64,000 bases of DNA from Psammoneis japonica (lineage: Eukaryota). This document shows, piece after piece, positions 26,470 through 39,810 of this stretch. Under the pieces are notes generated by a model. It made no database searches. It saw nothing but the letters and a program-made list of their open reading frames with translations, and was not told where the DNA came from. The stretch is taken from contig QPGO01000010.1 in the NCBI GenBank assembly GCA_008632985.1, forward strand, positions 744,001 through 808,000, read 5' to 3'. Position 1 is the first letter of the stretch. Every line of letters starts with the position of its first letter. A program made the translations under genes and the position numbers.

Positions 26470-29400
26470 AAAGGGGGGGGGGGGTGATTTTTTGCCTCCA
26501 GTGGCCAGTGCGGCATCATTCGACGTTCCACCCCATGATCACACCACAGTGACAGTGTCCTCACAAAAATTTGCATGTTTTGATGTCCATTGTCTTCAAC
26601 AAGAGTGCCAGCAGTTGCCAGACAACCAAAGGTGGTGGTGTGGGTGTCTTCCTGCTGGGTGTGGTGGTGTGGTGGTGTGCATCATGTGTGTGGGGTGCAT
26701 GAGAAGCGGGGGGGGGGGGGGTGCTCTCTGTTCTTTTGCAGCACAGTGGTCATTTCTCTCTCCCCACTCTTGCTGGCTGGAGCATGGAACTGGGAGGGTC
26801 ACCTTTTCACTGCACAAGAGTGGCCCGTGAGCCTCGATGTTGCCAACACTGGGAGGAGCAGCTGCCTCTGAAACCAGCTGTCCTTGACGCCCCTCTTGTT
26901 CCTTGCAACACAAGGCTTTGCTTTTCCAATGAATGACAAACTCCTTTGGCATCATGTGTGTGTGTTGGGTTGGGGGGGGGGTTCAGACCAAAGAGTGTGA
27001 ACACACCAGGTTGACTGCTCTCTGCTCATTGACACAAGAAGGAGAAATTGCAGAGGCACGCCAGCCTGCTCACCCGCTTGTTGAACTTTCTCCGAAAAGC
27101 ACCGTGCATGTTGTTTCTCTCATGCCTTGAGCTTGACATTGTCTCCCTCCTCCAATGGAGATGATGTTGAGTTGCTCAAGATGGCATCATGGTGCCTCAG
27201 CACAATGGTCAAACAATGCAAAGCTGCAGTGCTCTCCACCCATCCAGCAGCAACAAACCTGCTTTTTCACATTTGGGGCCATGACAGCTGCCAGAGAAAC
27301 TTGGCTGATTCTTTCATGGCTGCTGTGATGCACACCAACATGGTGGTGTGAAGTTGTCACACTGAGGGCACTCCATTGCTTGCAACATTGTTGGAAGGGG
27401 GTTCTTTGAGAGCTTGTGTGAAAAGCTTTTGACAATGCATGGTTTGGTGTCAAAGAAGGTTGGCAGCCACTGCACTTCTTTGAACAAAGAGATTGACATG
27501 AAAGTGCAGGAAAAACTCAAGGCATGGTTTCATGCTCACCTTGAGCTTGACCATGCATTTCCAAGACACACGGACCAGCAAGCGTTGGCTCTGAGGGTTG
27601 GGTCACATTTGCTCCTTGTGGGCAAAAGAATGTCCTGTGCCAGTTGATGTGCAAATGGAAAATTTGTCAAAGCCTGACAGCAAAGATTCAAGCACCAGCC
27701 AAGCATGCACAGTGGCAAGCCACAGCACATCAAAAATGATTTGAAGTTGCCAAGAAGATGCAAGAGGAGCTTGCTTGAGCCCATCTCATGTCCAAGGAAA
27801 AACAAGCCTTCTGAGAAAACACAAACCAAAACCTGCTGATGACAAAAAAGCAGTGGTTTGGCAGAGCAAACTCTGTGGAAAAAATTCATTGAACACTGTG
27901 CCTTTGTTTTCCGTGCATTTCTGGTTTCTGAGTTGGGAGCTCATGGATAAAAAAGCAGCAAGGTTGAGGTCAACTCAACATTTGACATTTGACCCACATG
28001 AAAATCTTTTGCTTTGTGTGGCACTTTGTGATTGCAACAAAGACATGTGCAACATTCTCTCAAACACTGCATCAACTTGGAGTGGATTGCACATGGTGAG
28101 TTTGGGAGTGAAGAAAAGACAAAAGAGTTGTCAACAAGAGTGCTGGCACAGTTGCAGAGGAACTTCTTTGGCATGGTTGCACCAAAGTTGGAGTCAGAGA
28201 TGCAACGGGCATGTCATTCTTGATGACCAACCAACAAGCAACATGAGTTTTTGGGGGGGAGCACAATCTTCCTGCCAGACCAGCTCTCATTTGAGCTCAA
28301 AGCCTGTGTTTGGCATCCAGCTGATGGTGTGGAGAGCAACAAGGTTGCCAAGATGGCATCAGCTTTGGAAACAAACTCAGAGCATTCCAAGTGCTGTGCA
28401 ATTCTGTTGAATCTGTTGCTGTGTGCAAAGATGGCCATTGCATGTTGAAACACCTCCAAGCTGACACCGCCATTGTCTGTGCTTGCCTGGATGAAACAGA
28501 ACATGGCCATGGCAGCAAGGCACAGGATCAAAGAGGTGTTTGACATGGCTGGACCAAATGTTGGTGAGGCAAGAGGAGCAACACTCCAGTGAAACATTGG
28601 TTGCTGGCACAAGTTGTCAGAAAGCCTCAGATTAGATGAAGAGCATGCTGCTGCACACAGAGGAGTGTGCAGTGATGGGGATGAGGTGACGACAAGCACA
28701 GATGACATGCCACACATTGTGAGGCATTGGGAGTCAGCAGAGCATTCATGTGACCTGGCATGTGATCACTTGCATCCAGCGTCTGTGGCAGTTTTTTGCA
28801 AGATGTGGGCTGAAGCCTTTCAAATGTCAGATTTGTTCTTGGAAGATGACAGAACAAGTGTGGTCACCAGGTGACTTTGAAAAACAGGCAGTTGGACAAA
28901 ACAAGAGCAGCAAAATGAATGGCAAAAATTGTTGGCAACAAAACAGTTGATGAGTGCATTGATGTTGTTGCTGAAAACCCAAGGTTGCAGTGGAAGGACA
29001 ACCTCAGAGAAATTTCCTGGGTGTGGACATTCAGTGGTGGTCACAAAGAAATCTGTGTGTGTCTTGACATCCACCATTTGAACACCTGGTGGCACTTGCC
29101 TCACTTGCTTGGACATTTGGACACACCTGGCTCTGGTGGGGAAACAGGATGAGTGGGTGGGGGCAGTCCATTTTGTTGTGGTGTGGGGTGCGGCTCTTGG
29201 GCAGAGAAGCTGTGCCCCCCCTTCATTTGCTCCATTTGCTCCACTTGGCATTCTTGCATGTCTCAAACATGCCAAGTGAGCCAACCTCTTTCTCTTCTTG
29301 CTGATGAGGGGTGGAGAGCAACAGGAGCACTGAATGCCATCTTTGGAAACAAGCTTTCCATGTGACAGAAATTGAGGGTCACTTGGTGAAAGAAACAACA

Positions 29401-32400
29401 ACTCCTTGCTGCTGTCTAAACAGCAGATGAGTCTCCATGCAGAGACTGTCACAGGAGCTGAAAGACTGGTGTCATGATGTTGGCACTGCTGTCATTGTTC
29501 TTGTGAGCCAAGTGGCTTGAAAGCAAACTACATCACGTGCATTGTGTGTGACAAACTAAAATCTTGTTCAAATCCTGTCACTCCCCAGTTTGCTTGAGAA
29601 GTCCACAGCAACAGATTCAAGGTCAGATTGGTTGAAAGCCTTGGGATCAAAGCTCCAAAACATTGGAGGACAAAGGAGGTTCCAGACCTGGGAGTGGCCC
29701 CAGTGCTTGCTGAGCTGTGCTGAGAATGTCAGCTGGGTTGCGGGACCTTCGATGAAATGAAACTCAAGGAAATCAGATGCAATCACCTCGTGCACATGTG
29801 GAATGAGAGGGCAGTGTGTCACTTGTGTGACTTGGAGTGCAAGATGACAGCACTGTCCATGACCAACTTGTTGTCCCCAAACATGCAACATGTTTCACAA
29901 GTGGGGACGCCAAGGTGACGCAAAGTGATGCACAGATCAATGATCTGCTCAACTCATGTCCTTGCGGCAACAAACTCAGATCCATGCATTGCAGTCTCAA
30001 CTGTTGCTTGTTTCTTGGAGAACCAATCAACTGGAAACTTGTTGAGGAAATGAATGATGCCCATGACAGAGCGTCCAGCAAGCATGCAATGGAACAAGTT
30101 TGCATCAACACAGTGAGTCGTGGCGACAAACTTGCCAAGTGGCTCAGGTGCATCTTGTGGGAGCTGTTGCACAGTTCTGCTGGATCCAGTGCTGCACGCC
30201 AAGGTGGCCATTGGGCACTGCAATGCCCCCGATCTTGCAAACATGTGCATGGCACATGGGATCAAAAAGGCATTTGAAGTGTGCCACACTCAACTGGGCC
30301 AAAAATTTTGGTGTGTGCCAAATGAGAGGAACAATGTCCAAGCAAAAGATTTGCTGCAGCCAGAAAGCCATGGCTTTTGTGGAGAGCCATGTGCTGCTGT
30401 GCACAAAGGAGAGTGCAGTGACCAACGAGGTGGTGATGCAAGACAAGATGATGCACCACACATCATGAAGAGCTGCTGCAAGCTGTCAGTGCACTCCCAC
30501 AACCTGGTGCACAATTGTTTGCATCCAACGTCTGTGGCAAATTTGCAAAGTGCAAACAGGAGCCTTTCAAAAGTGAACTTTGGCCTTGGGAAATGCCAAA
30601 GCAAAGGGTCGGCAACTTTGGCTGACAAACAGAGCAGTTGAACAAAAAGAAAGTGCAACATGGACAGCAAAATTTCTCAGCCACACAATGGCTGGGTGCA
30701 CTCTGGCAACATTTCTGAGAACCCAGAGATTGCATCATGTGGTGGTGAAGGATTGCAACAGCAGAACAGCAAAGTCAAGGAATTTCACAAGCACTTCCAT
30801 GAGCTGGCACATCACTTGTGTTGATCATTTTGCACACACACCAGCTCTTGTTGCAACACAGTTGGGAAGCACAGTTTCTTGCATTTGGTGACAAAAGTGC
30901 TCACAAGTTGTGTGAGATGTGCTGTTCTTTGAAACACTGTCGTGGCTGGAAGAATCAGTGGAAAAGAATGTTGGCAGCAGATGATGAGGGAAAAGTGGAC
31001 ACAAACTGATTCACTCAACTGGAGTTCTTGTACAAAGCATGCAAAGAATTTGCCATGATGAGCTTTCTGCCTTGAAATGAGAAAATGTTGTTGAGGATGG
31101 GCACACTTTGATGTTGTGCCTGCCAAATTGGAGAACATTTGCAAACATTGCTTTGTCCCAGCTCTCAAGAAGCAGTCTTCAGTTGGCACAATCTTCAGCA
31201 AGACCAAGCAGGTCATTGCTCTCAGCTTGGCTTGGCTCTTTGACAAAGGACAAAAGAAGCTGTCTGACCAAACCAACGTTGCCAAAAATGCACGGGAGCA
31301 ACTGCTGACAACAAACTCCAGTTTCAGAGTTTTTTTCTGCAAAGAGAGCAAACCACCCAGCACTCCTTTGCTTGCACTTTCCATTTTCTTTTTTTGACAT
31401 CACAGCTGTTCAGATGTGGTGCACACATGACACAGAGCAGGTCATTTGCATGTCTTGCAAAAAATCATGATTTTCTCATGCTGCTGTGGTCATTCATGGA
31501 GAAGCACAAACAAGGGCAAAAATGTGCACAAACCACTTGCTGTCCATCCTCTGCAAAAATGAGTCCAGGAGCTTTTGTCACATGTGCCATGCATGTCAAG
31601 CACATGTGTGCATGCAAAGCATGTCATTTGCATGCCCCTGCTGCAAAGCTGCAATGTTTGCAATGAGTGTGAATGCCAGTTTGCAGTGTGTGATCCAAGT
31701 TGCCAAATGCTTTTGGTTTCATTTTTTTTGGCAAAGAGTGCATCGACTGGCACCAGATTGTTCACAGCCATTGCTTTTGCCTTGACAAGGTTTTTGGCCA
31801 GGCATGCTCCAGCTTTGGTGGGTGGGGCTCCATGCCAATGGACTGTGACATGAACATTTTTTGATGATGTGTCATGTGTCGCATGTGCTCACTTCTCATG
31901 CACTCTTCTGCTGCAGAGCTGCTTTTTGCTCCCTGTTTTGTGAAATCAAATGCTTTTTGTTTTGTCCATTTGTGAGAAGGGCTGCACCAAGACAAGTTGG
32001 AATGATGCACTTCAAGCATGCATGAGTTGATGCACTCATTGCATTTTTTGTTGGCAGTCATTGACACATTTGTCACCTGACAATTTTGGCACAGAACTTG
32101 CACATGGAATTCTGTGGGTGGCCAGCATCACACCTGGTTCTGCCCAGAGCTGGAATGTGCTGCACTGGCTGTGCCTTTTGTTGGTGGTTTTGAGCTCATT
32201 GTGCCATTGCAGCAACTGCACCCCCTTTCTTGCAGGCTCCACCTGTGTGTGTGCCACAACAGCTGACAAAGAGATCCAGAGAGCACATGGGCACTCACAA
32301 TTTCCAAAGCTGGTGCTGCAGGTGGTTTTGCAGTGGGAATGGACAGTGCTGTGGGTGGAGCAGAAGACTGGGAAACAGTGTTCAGCATGCTTGCCTGTTT

Positions 32401-35282
32401 CTGGGCTTCATGCACAACAGCAGGAGATGTGCTGGGTCAGCTGGTGTGCAGCCTGCCCAAATCAGAATCCAGCAGCAATCCCAATCTGCCACACTGTCCT
32501 GTGTTTGCTGCATTTCCTCATGCTAAAATTTGAGCTCTGCAACAGAAACACAGGAAAAAGCACATGAAATGGCAACCTTCTGACAAAAAAGCAGATCAAG
32601 CTTGCAAAATCTGAGTCATGCCTGGCTCATGGCCAAATGATCACTTTGCCAAACTTTCCTCAAATCAGAACAATGGCCCTTTGTCTCTGTCCAAATTCTC
32701 AGTCTTTCTTCTGCAGCTTCACTTCCAACACTGCCACTCAATTCAATGCTCACACCCACCATGTTGTTAGCCCCTTTTTTGAGTGCTTCATTGTGATGGG
32801 TGTTGTCTCTGTCCACATGCAGAGCACATTCATGAGCCATGATTTGCCTGTGCTTTGGCTTGCCCATGCACTTTTTTTTGCACCAAGACCAGCAAAGCCA
32901 ACAAAGTTTGTGTTGCTCCATCACATGTTCCAGAATTGCAGCCCAAGAAAGAACAACCAACAATCACTCTGTCTCATCATCCAAGTGCGCTGCCCCAGCT
33001 GCAGGAAGCTGGCCACTGCCCAACCACAAAAACAGGAATGAAAGGTTGGGCGTAAACACAACCAAACATGAAGAAACAAATGACATGCAAAAGCAAACTC
33101 AAAGCAAACCATTGCAAGCTTTTGGCCCAAAATCAAAGCATTTTCAACTTGCACCTGACAGTGCTTGTTCACAATCTAGAGCAGTTTGCACAAGCTCTTC
33201 TTCCTGTGTGCGCTCTTTCCACCTCTCTGATTGCTGCTTCATTTGCCATTCCTGTTGCCCTGGTGATCTGGCTCATGTCAAAACCTTTGTCTGCAGTTGA
33301 CTTTTGCAACTCTGCCCTTTCTTGTTGTGGCAGGTTGAGATGTGATTCTCTTCTCCCTCAGCAGGATTGGCTGAAGCCTCAGTCTGAAGAAAAAAGCGCA
33401 GAAGAGAAAATGGACAAATTGGGCTGAATTCATGATGACTGCAACTCTGCCAAAGCTCAGCCTTGACTTGCACCAGCAATGGAAAACATGTTCCTGCTTT
33501 CTTCTTGCTCTTCTTGTTTTTGCCTCCACCAGCATCATGTTCCAGCCCCAGGAGAGCCAGAGGTTGCAGAAAAACGGGGCCACACCACCAAGTCCCCCCA
33601 GGCCTCCTCAAGGGACAGCTGAGCATGGCTGGTGGTGCCAGCCTGCAGGCAACAGATGACAACATTGTCATGGTCAAATGCACAACAAGGCACCACTTTT
33701 CTTGACAATCATTCACATTGTTTGTCAGAAACAGCAAGGCATGCTTGTGAAGATGGTGAGGGTGTCTTGCATGTTGAAACAGAGAGAGATGGCTTTGCTG
33801 GCAGCAACAATCACATGAGTTGGGCAACAGGGCCAGAGGGTGAAAGAGATGGGAGCAGTTGACCACACAAAGTGTCTTTGTTGTTGGCTTTGTTCTTGGG
33901 AAGAATGATGAAAGCCAACAAAGAAAAATTCTCTTGGGGCAGGTCATGGTGTGTTCAGCATGTGTGTGAGAGCAGTGCAGCAGGTGGCAGGTCTGCTCTG
34001 ACAACTGCCTCAACTTCTTACAAACAGGAGTTGGCACTGCTTTTCTCAACTGTCATTGTGGGTGCAGGACAATCAAGTGTTGAATGTCATCAAAGGACAC
34101 AGTGGGCATTTCAATCCTCCCAAGGCTGGGTCAGGCCAGCTGCAGTCACAGTGTGGCTGTGTTGAGACACAACGCAAAATTTGCACTGCTCCCATGTCTT
34201 GTGTGCTTTGCACATGCCAGCGGTGAAGTGGGGCCATGGAGATGTGATGTCAGGACACAAAAAAAAACCAGATCTGTTTTTGTGAGTGCTGTCACTCCTT
34301 TGTCAGCTGTGCCGACACCGGCTGACCCACACTTCCAGCACACCAAGCCAGTGTGGCAGAAGGGGAACAGGGGCCAGCCGACAGAGGCATCACCTGAAGG
34401 TGACGCCCTCCTGAAACAACTGGCAATGGAACGTGTGCTTCGGAGCGCAAGACGCTTTGATGTCAGGACACAGCAGATGCTCCTCTCTCCAGGGTTGCAC
34501 ACCTTGATTGGCCATGAAGAAGTTGTTGGCTGGCAAAATCCATTGTGTGGCCTCAGAGCCATTTGTTTGGTGCAGATCCTCAGTGGTGGTCACAAAGAAG
34601 TCTCTGTGTGCTCTTACAGCTGACAACAATGTGGCAGGTGGAGCACTGTGTGCTGCTGGTTGACAGGACAAAGAGCCAGCAGTGGGGGTGGTGTGCTTTG
34701 TTGTGGTGTGGGACACACCTGGGTTGAGGCTGTTCTCCCCATTCATTTGCTTTGTTTGTTGTGTTCCTGTTCTGCATGTGTCTGGACATGCTTCGCACAG
34801 CCTCTCTTTCTCTTTGCACTGCTTCTTCCTGGCTTTGCTGTGGCAAACAAAACAGCGGCAAAGGTGCCATTCACTGCAATGATGCCCACAGCAATTGGCC
34901 ACACAAAAATCATCTTGTTTGTTGTTGGTGTTGTTCTTAAGAGTGAAAGCCGCCAGCAAAGGAAAGTTCTCTTGGAACAGGTCACGGAATGTTCAACACA
35001 TGTCAGATGTGATGTGCATGATGGGCAGTGGGTCTCAAACAATTGCTCTTGTTGAGGACAGCCTTCATCTGTGCATGCATGCCAGATGTGGAGCAAGCTT
35101 GTGTGACAGGCAACAATGACAGAGACCATCAGCTTGAGGTGAGGCAGTCCTGCCATTGGCCAGGTGGAAGAAGGCCCTGTGGCTCCAGTCAGTGAGCCTG
35201 TGAGCTGGCCACCAGTGGCCAGTGGGGCCCTGGGAGTCCCCAGTCTAGAGTGGGGCCCTCTGCCAGAGATGAGAGACTGGCG
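26470..35282. repeat. Large nested decayed-repeat block; almost no TpA, few CpG
   Basis: About 8.8 kb with only a handful of TA. It contains a Copia relic and several internally related fragments. Confidence 0.8.
29363..30170 (-). mobile_element. Old Ty1/Copia relic: RNase H end + PPT + 3' LTR (29363-29580); same family as 60541-63680
   Basis: DAPEPLGKFV...VDANL.HCML.GRSVMG..HFLNKFPVDWFSKKQATVETA; minus-strand AACTGGGGAG|TGACAGGATTTGAACAAG; LTR ends TTCTGTCA and aligns with 63404-63680. Confidence 0.9.
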
Positions 35283-35719
35283 GAGGCACAGCCACCACAG
35301 CGCGCACTCGCCATCGTAGTCTCGTCAACTCGATGACTTAGCCAATGCGGCACGTTCACACTAAAAAAGTACCATTCTATCCATGCACTGAATCCGGAAA
35401 AGCCCCAGCTGTTCATCTGCCGCTGTTCGGGGTACACGGCAGACAGGTGGAACTGAACACGAAATTTTTAAAGACAAGCAAGTCAAAGTAACATGAAACT
35501 GGATATTACACATGCACCATTTCATTTGTTTTGATTCATTTTACTCCACTGGGGAGGGCCCGGCAGCCTTGTTTCAGTCTAGTTAGCCGTTTGGTCATCG
35601 TGTAGTACAAGTAGTAAATGCAATTTACAACCTTGTAAGCATAGTGTACATATGCACTTGCGCTGCTTCGCTGTCCTGTATGCAACAAATAAAACGTAAG
35701 AGGACAGGATCCTGCCACT

Positions 35720-37255
35720 TTAGCTGCCGCCACTGCTGCCGCTGCTGTCGTTACTGTCAGAGGTGCTTCCAGCATTGCGACCACAGTTCGATTCTTGAGC
35801 CTCAGAAACAATGGTCTGCTTATCTTCAAGTGAAATGAGACCTGACATCACGAAATCATTGGCAGCATCTTTTACACAGCGGACATATCTGCGGTGGCTC
35901 GTCCAAGGTTTGTCTGCCTTGACGCATGGGCACAGCTGGGCGATAGAGCAACCGTCGGCATTGACAGTTTCATTCGGCTCAGTGTCGGGGCACTTGTCAC
36001 AGGCACCTCGAACGTCGTCTCCATCGGCGTCATCTTGAGTTGCACACATGTACACCTCGTCAAAAATGACAACATGTGAAGCACCGCTTAAGGATGCGCA
36101 ACCGACAGCTATTTCAGGAGTATGACGCGTGTCATCATCTAGTCAATGAGTTCGATGGAGATGCCAAATCTGTCTGTGACCGACCAATTCGGCCTGTCAG
36201 GTACATGCAGCTGAAAATCTCTGACAACCCAACCAGGATCAAACCATACCACGACGATGGCACCACTGTGGGGGCGCACGGGCGGGTCGGTCCTTGGGTA
36301 GGATGACGCACCAATAATCAACTGCTTCGTACCGTCTCCGTAGATGTCGCCATAGGCAAGCCCGTACCCAAACTGAGTATCTGCGAAAGTGGTTTCAAAA
36401 TGATTGATGGTCGCTTCTAGCGTCGGGGTGATTTTATCAGGATCTGAATCCTTTGTGATGGACAAGATCCATATAATGCCTTTCCCGCCTCCGATAGCGA
36501 CTAAAATATTATCGACGTTGTCCTCCATCATGCATATTCCATTACTAAAACCTTTGCGATCAAGAACTGAACACGAATCCACAAAAGAGCAGCGAGCTTC
36601 AAATGAGCGTGATGATGAACATACACATAGCAAATAAAGAAAAGTGAAACTTACTACCGAGTTGCCCGATAGTAAAGGTAAGGGAAGGGAGCTTTAACGA
36701 AGGGCTGCCTGGAGTTGTTTCGTCCACGAAAAGAATATCAAGCCCAGACTCATTGAGGACAATGACATCGTCGGTCCCGTCGCGATCCATATCCGTGGTG
36801 AGGAGTGAACGAGCATCCTTGTTTGAGAGGAACAATGCATGAGTCGGCTCAGCAGTTGATTCGTCGAGGTAATACAAATTGAGTGCTGAGGAGTAGGATC
36901 CAATAATGAGACCACGTGCATTCTTCCTTGCGGGATTACTCCCGAAATTGCCTCGCCAAGGTGCAACCGAGCTGCCGAAATATGATCCTCCTTGAGAAGG
37001 ATTAGGAATTTCTTTCTTGGAAATATACGTTCCGTCCGCTTTGTCCAGGAAGTAAATATAACTCGGCGAATTATGACCAGCAATGGCAAGGGCAGGGTTT
37101 CCGCTATAGTCTCCAAGGTATGCCAAGTCATCTGCAGCATTCGTACCTGGTAGGATAGTCAAGATTGAAGTATCCAATCCCGCCGCTGTCTTCAACGCTG
37201 TCAGACAGACCAATGCCAAGGCAGCGTTCTTTGTTTTGTTGAGGGTGTGTTTCAT
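35720..37255 (-). CDS. Secreted FG-GAP-like repeat protein with a thrombospondin type-3-like / Cys-rich C-terminal domain; one frameshift
   Basis: Signal peptide; YFGSSVA, DMDRDGTDDVIV, FGYGLAYGDIYGDGTKQLIIGA and (D)LDDDT..PEIAVG; C-terminal DADGDDVRGACDKCPDT...DGCSIAQLCPC. Intron donor at ~36654, 1-nt frameshift at ~36142. Confidence 0.7.
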
Positions 37256-37375
37256 GCAAACTCAAGTACTTGTAGTAAGAGAATCGTGTTTTTCGGTTGT
37301 TTCAAAGGCATTCATATCGTTTTTATACACCAGGAGGCGAAAGCCGCAGGTAGGTTTCGCTGCTCGTAACCGCGG

Positions 37376-37556
37376 CTGACACAATCGCGTTTGTGACGTG
37401 GAAGAAATTTCTTTTCCATGGTTGTCACAGATCACACATGTATCAGAGGCCAAAGCCGCAGTAGCGCTTCTCGCAACCGCTGACAGCAATCGCGTTTGTG
37501 ACGTGGAAGAAATTTCTTTTCCACATGTGGTTGTCACAGATCACACATGTATCAGG
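37376..37556. repeat. Direct duplication of ~70 bp (period ~103 bp) upstream of the FG-GAP gene
   Basis: CAATCGCGTTTGTGACGTGGAAGAAATTTCTTTTCCA...GTTGTCACAGATCACACATGTATCAG occurs twice. Confidence 0.9.
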
Positions 37557-37869
37557 CTTCTCGTTTTTAGTGACATCCTTACGTGCCGACACGCCCCCAA
37601 ATGCATCGCATCAACGATCGATCGGTGGCATCATCGGAGTTCGGGTTCCAATCCCAGCAGTTTCGAATGGTCCCCTCCACTGGAACCTGGAACGTGATCA
37701 GCAGAAGGCTTGCTCCGAACAACCAATTACCTGTACTGTGACGAATGGGTTAGACGATGATTCTAACATCAAAATCATTGTGTGTGGCAGGTGGCATTCA
37801 GCATGCAATCCAGGGCGGGCACAGCGAGCCTGCAGCCTGCGCTGCGCACTATCCTGCACAGTTTGGCGG

Positions 37870-39460
37870 GCTGCATGCACGCGCGCGCACTCGTCCCGCC
37901 CGCCCTCGTCGTCGCGATCGCGTCCGTCGCGTCCAAATTTCGACTGTCAAAAGACAGATTGTCTTGCAAACCACAGTGGCATGCATTTCAGCAATGCATG
38001 CCCTCAAGAAGTGCTTGAAACCTTGTGAAGTCATTGCCGCACTTGCTGCACGATCATGTCACCGTTGGTCACACAAAATGCTCAGAGCCCCCACATGTCG
38101 AATGACTTTGATCAACACCAGAACTCCATTGCAAATGACACAGCCTGCATGGCATGCAAACAAGCATTCAAACCAAAATCCACACTTTGAGCTCAAATGA
38201 CATGTGCACCAAGAATGACCCCACCCCCATCCACAATCAACATTGAGTTTTGACACCAAGCCAAAAGTGCTTGCAACAAGCACATCCTCCGCAGCGAGAC
38301 ACACAGGATGCTCAAATGGCCAACAATGCCAGAGCTCCAAAAAAGTCAGTGCAAGTGCCAGCCCAGGCAAGTGCTGGCAACAACAGCTTGTTTTGGTGCT
38401 TTTGTGGGGAGCGAGTGCAACATGCACATGCAATGACAAGAACATCTGCGCATGAGAGCAACAGCCGCCAAATGTGCAGACAACAATTTGTGAAAGACAC
38501 ACACCATTTGAGCTGCACTTGAGATGTGTGACATCTCTCACAACAATTTGGCACATGCCATGAAGGCCAAAAGCACAAATGTTGCTCTTGTCTTCTTGGG
38601 CCCATTGCAACAGTGGCAAGGGGGTGAAATTTGGTGCACAGCTTTGGCGGGGCACAAAAATGCAAAAAAAGATGCTGACAACCAACAGGCCTCCTGGCAA
38701 GACATGTGTTTTGTCCTGCAAACTTTTTGCTCACAATTTTTCTGCAAAAATGAACCACATTGTCATCAGAAATTGCAGCACACCTTCTTGCACTGTTGCC
38801 ACAATCACTGTCATTTTAGATGCACCCAAAGACAACAACAATGGATGACTTGCCAGACAAAGCTTTGCTGCATGTGCAGAGCAGCAGCACCTTTCTTGTG
38901 GCTTTGGCTGCCTTGCTGCTCTGCTTCTTTGGTGTCCTCTGCTTGTGAGATCAGCTTGTCAACTTTGAATGTGCACTTGATGAGTTGGATGAGGAAAAGC
39001 CATGGGGAAGTTGTGAGCTGTGGTGCTCTGGGGTGCAGATGTCCTGTGTTGTTGTGTTGCAACCACGCTCTCTCTCTGTTTTGTTTCAAAAGAACCCTTG
39101 CTTTCTCAGTGCCTGCTGCAGCAAAATGACTTTCTGTTTTTTTGCAGGAAATGTTTTTGCTCATGGGCTGGGTAAAATGGCACACAATCCACCATTGTCT
39201 CACACTTGTCATCTTTGTGCTTCCTCTGTGTTCTGTGTCTTCCCCCAGGAGTTTGTTCTTCTCTCACACAGGGCGCGGCACAGCCAGCCAGGTGCAGCAA
39301 CCTCCTTGTCTGTTGTCAGATCCAGAACTCCAGAACAGGACCTGCAAAACTGTGCCAGTTGTCCTTGAAGTTTTTGTTCCCTGCATCATGAAGCTTTGCT
39401 TCTGCCCTCTTGTTCCTCCAAAAAAGCAAAGAATGGTGTGGGTGTGCCCGTCACCACATT
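37870..39460. repeat. Decayed repeat block; TpA-depleted
   Basis: Almost no TA and a TG/CA excess. Confidence 0.65.
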
Positions 39461-39810
39461 TTCGTGCGCGCGAAGCTTCGCGCGAGATGGACTTCACCCT
39501 GACGATGACCAGACGCCGTGCAAGAAAAAAATGAATGAGAAAAAGTGACATCACTTTCAATCACACTGGCGGGCCAACAAACAACAAACAACGAAGACAA
39601 GAGAAATAGATCAGTGAACAGCTTGTACTTTTCCCGGGGACACTGTTGTCGATTAGAAGGCTTGTAGATAGGTGGAAAACTTGTTGTTGGTCTTTTCCTA
39701 GTTCACGAGCGGTTCAAACACTTCGAAAAGAAAGTGTTGTGCTTCTCTTGCTTCCCGTACATGGTTTTCACGTGACACTGGAGGTGTCAGTCGGGATAGT
39801 ACTCGTGATC

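Noticed and set aside
26553..26576. MQIFVRTL resembles the ubiquitin N-terminus
   Set aside because: The similarity stops after 8 residues and lies in decayed sequence.
26470..35282. Dozens of overlapping Cys/His-rich ORFs in all six frames (also at 5.7-9 kb, 15.7-17.1 kb and 37.9-39.5 kb)
   Set aside because: An artefact of TA loss: TAA and TAG stops are erased and TG/CA codons inflated. These are not metal-binding proteins.
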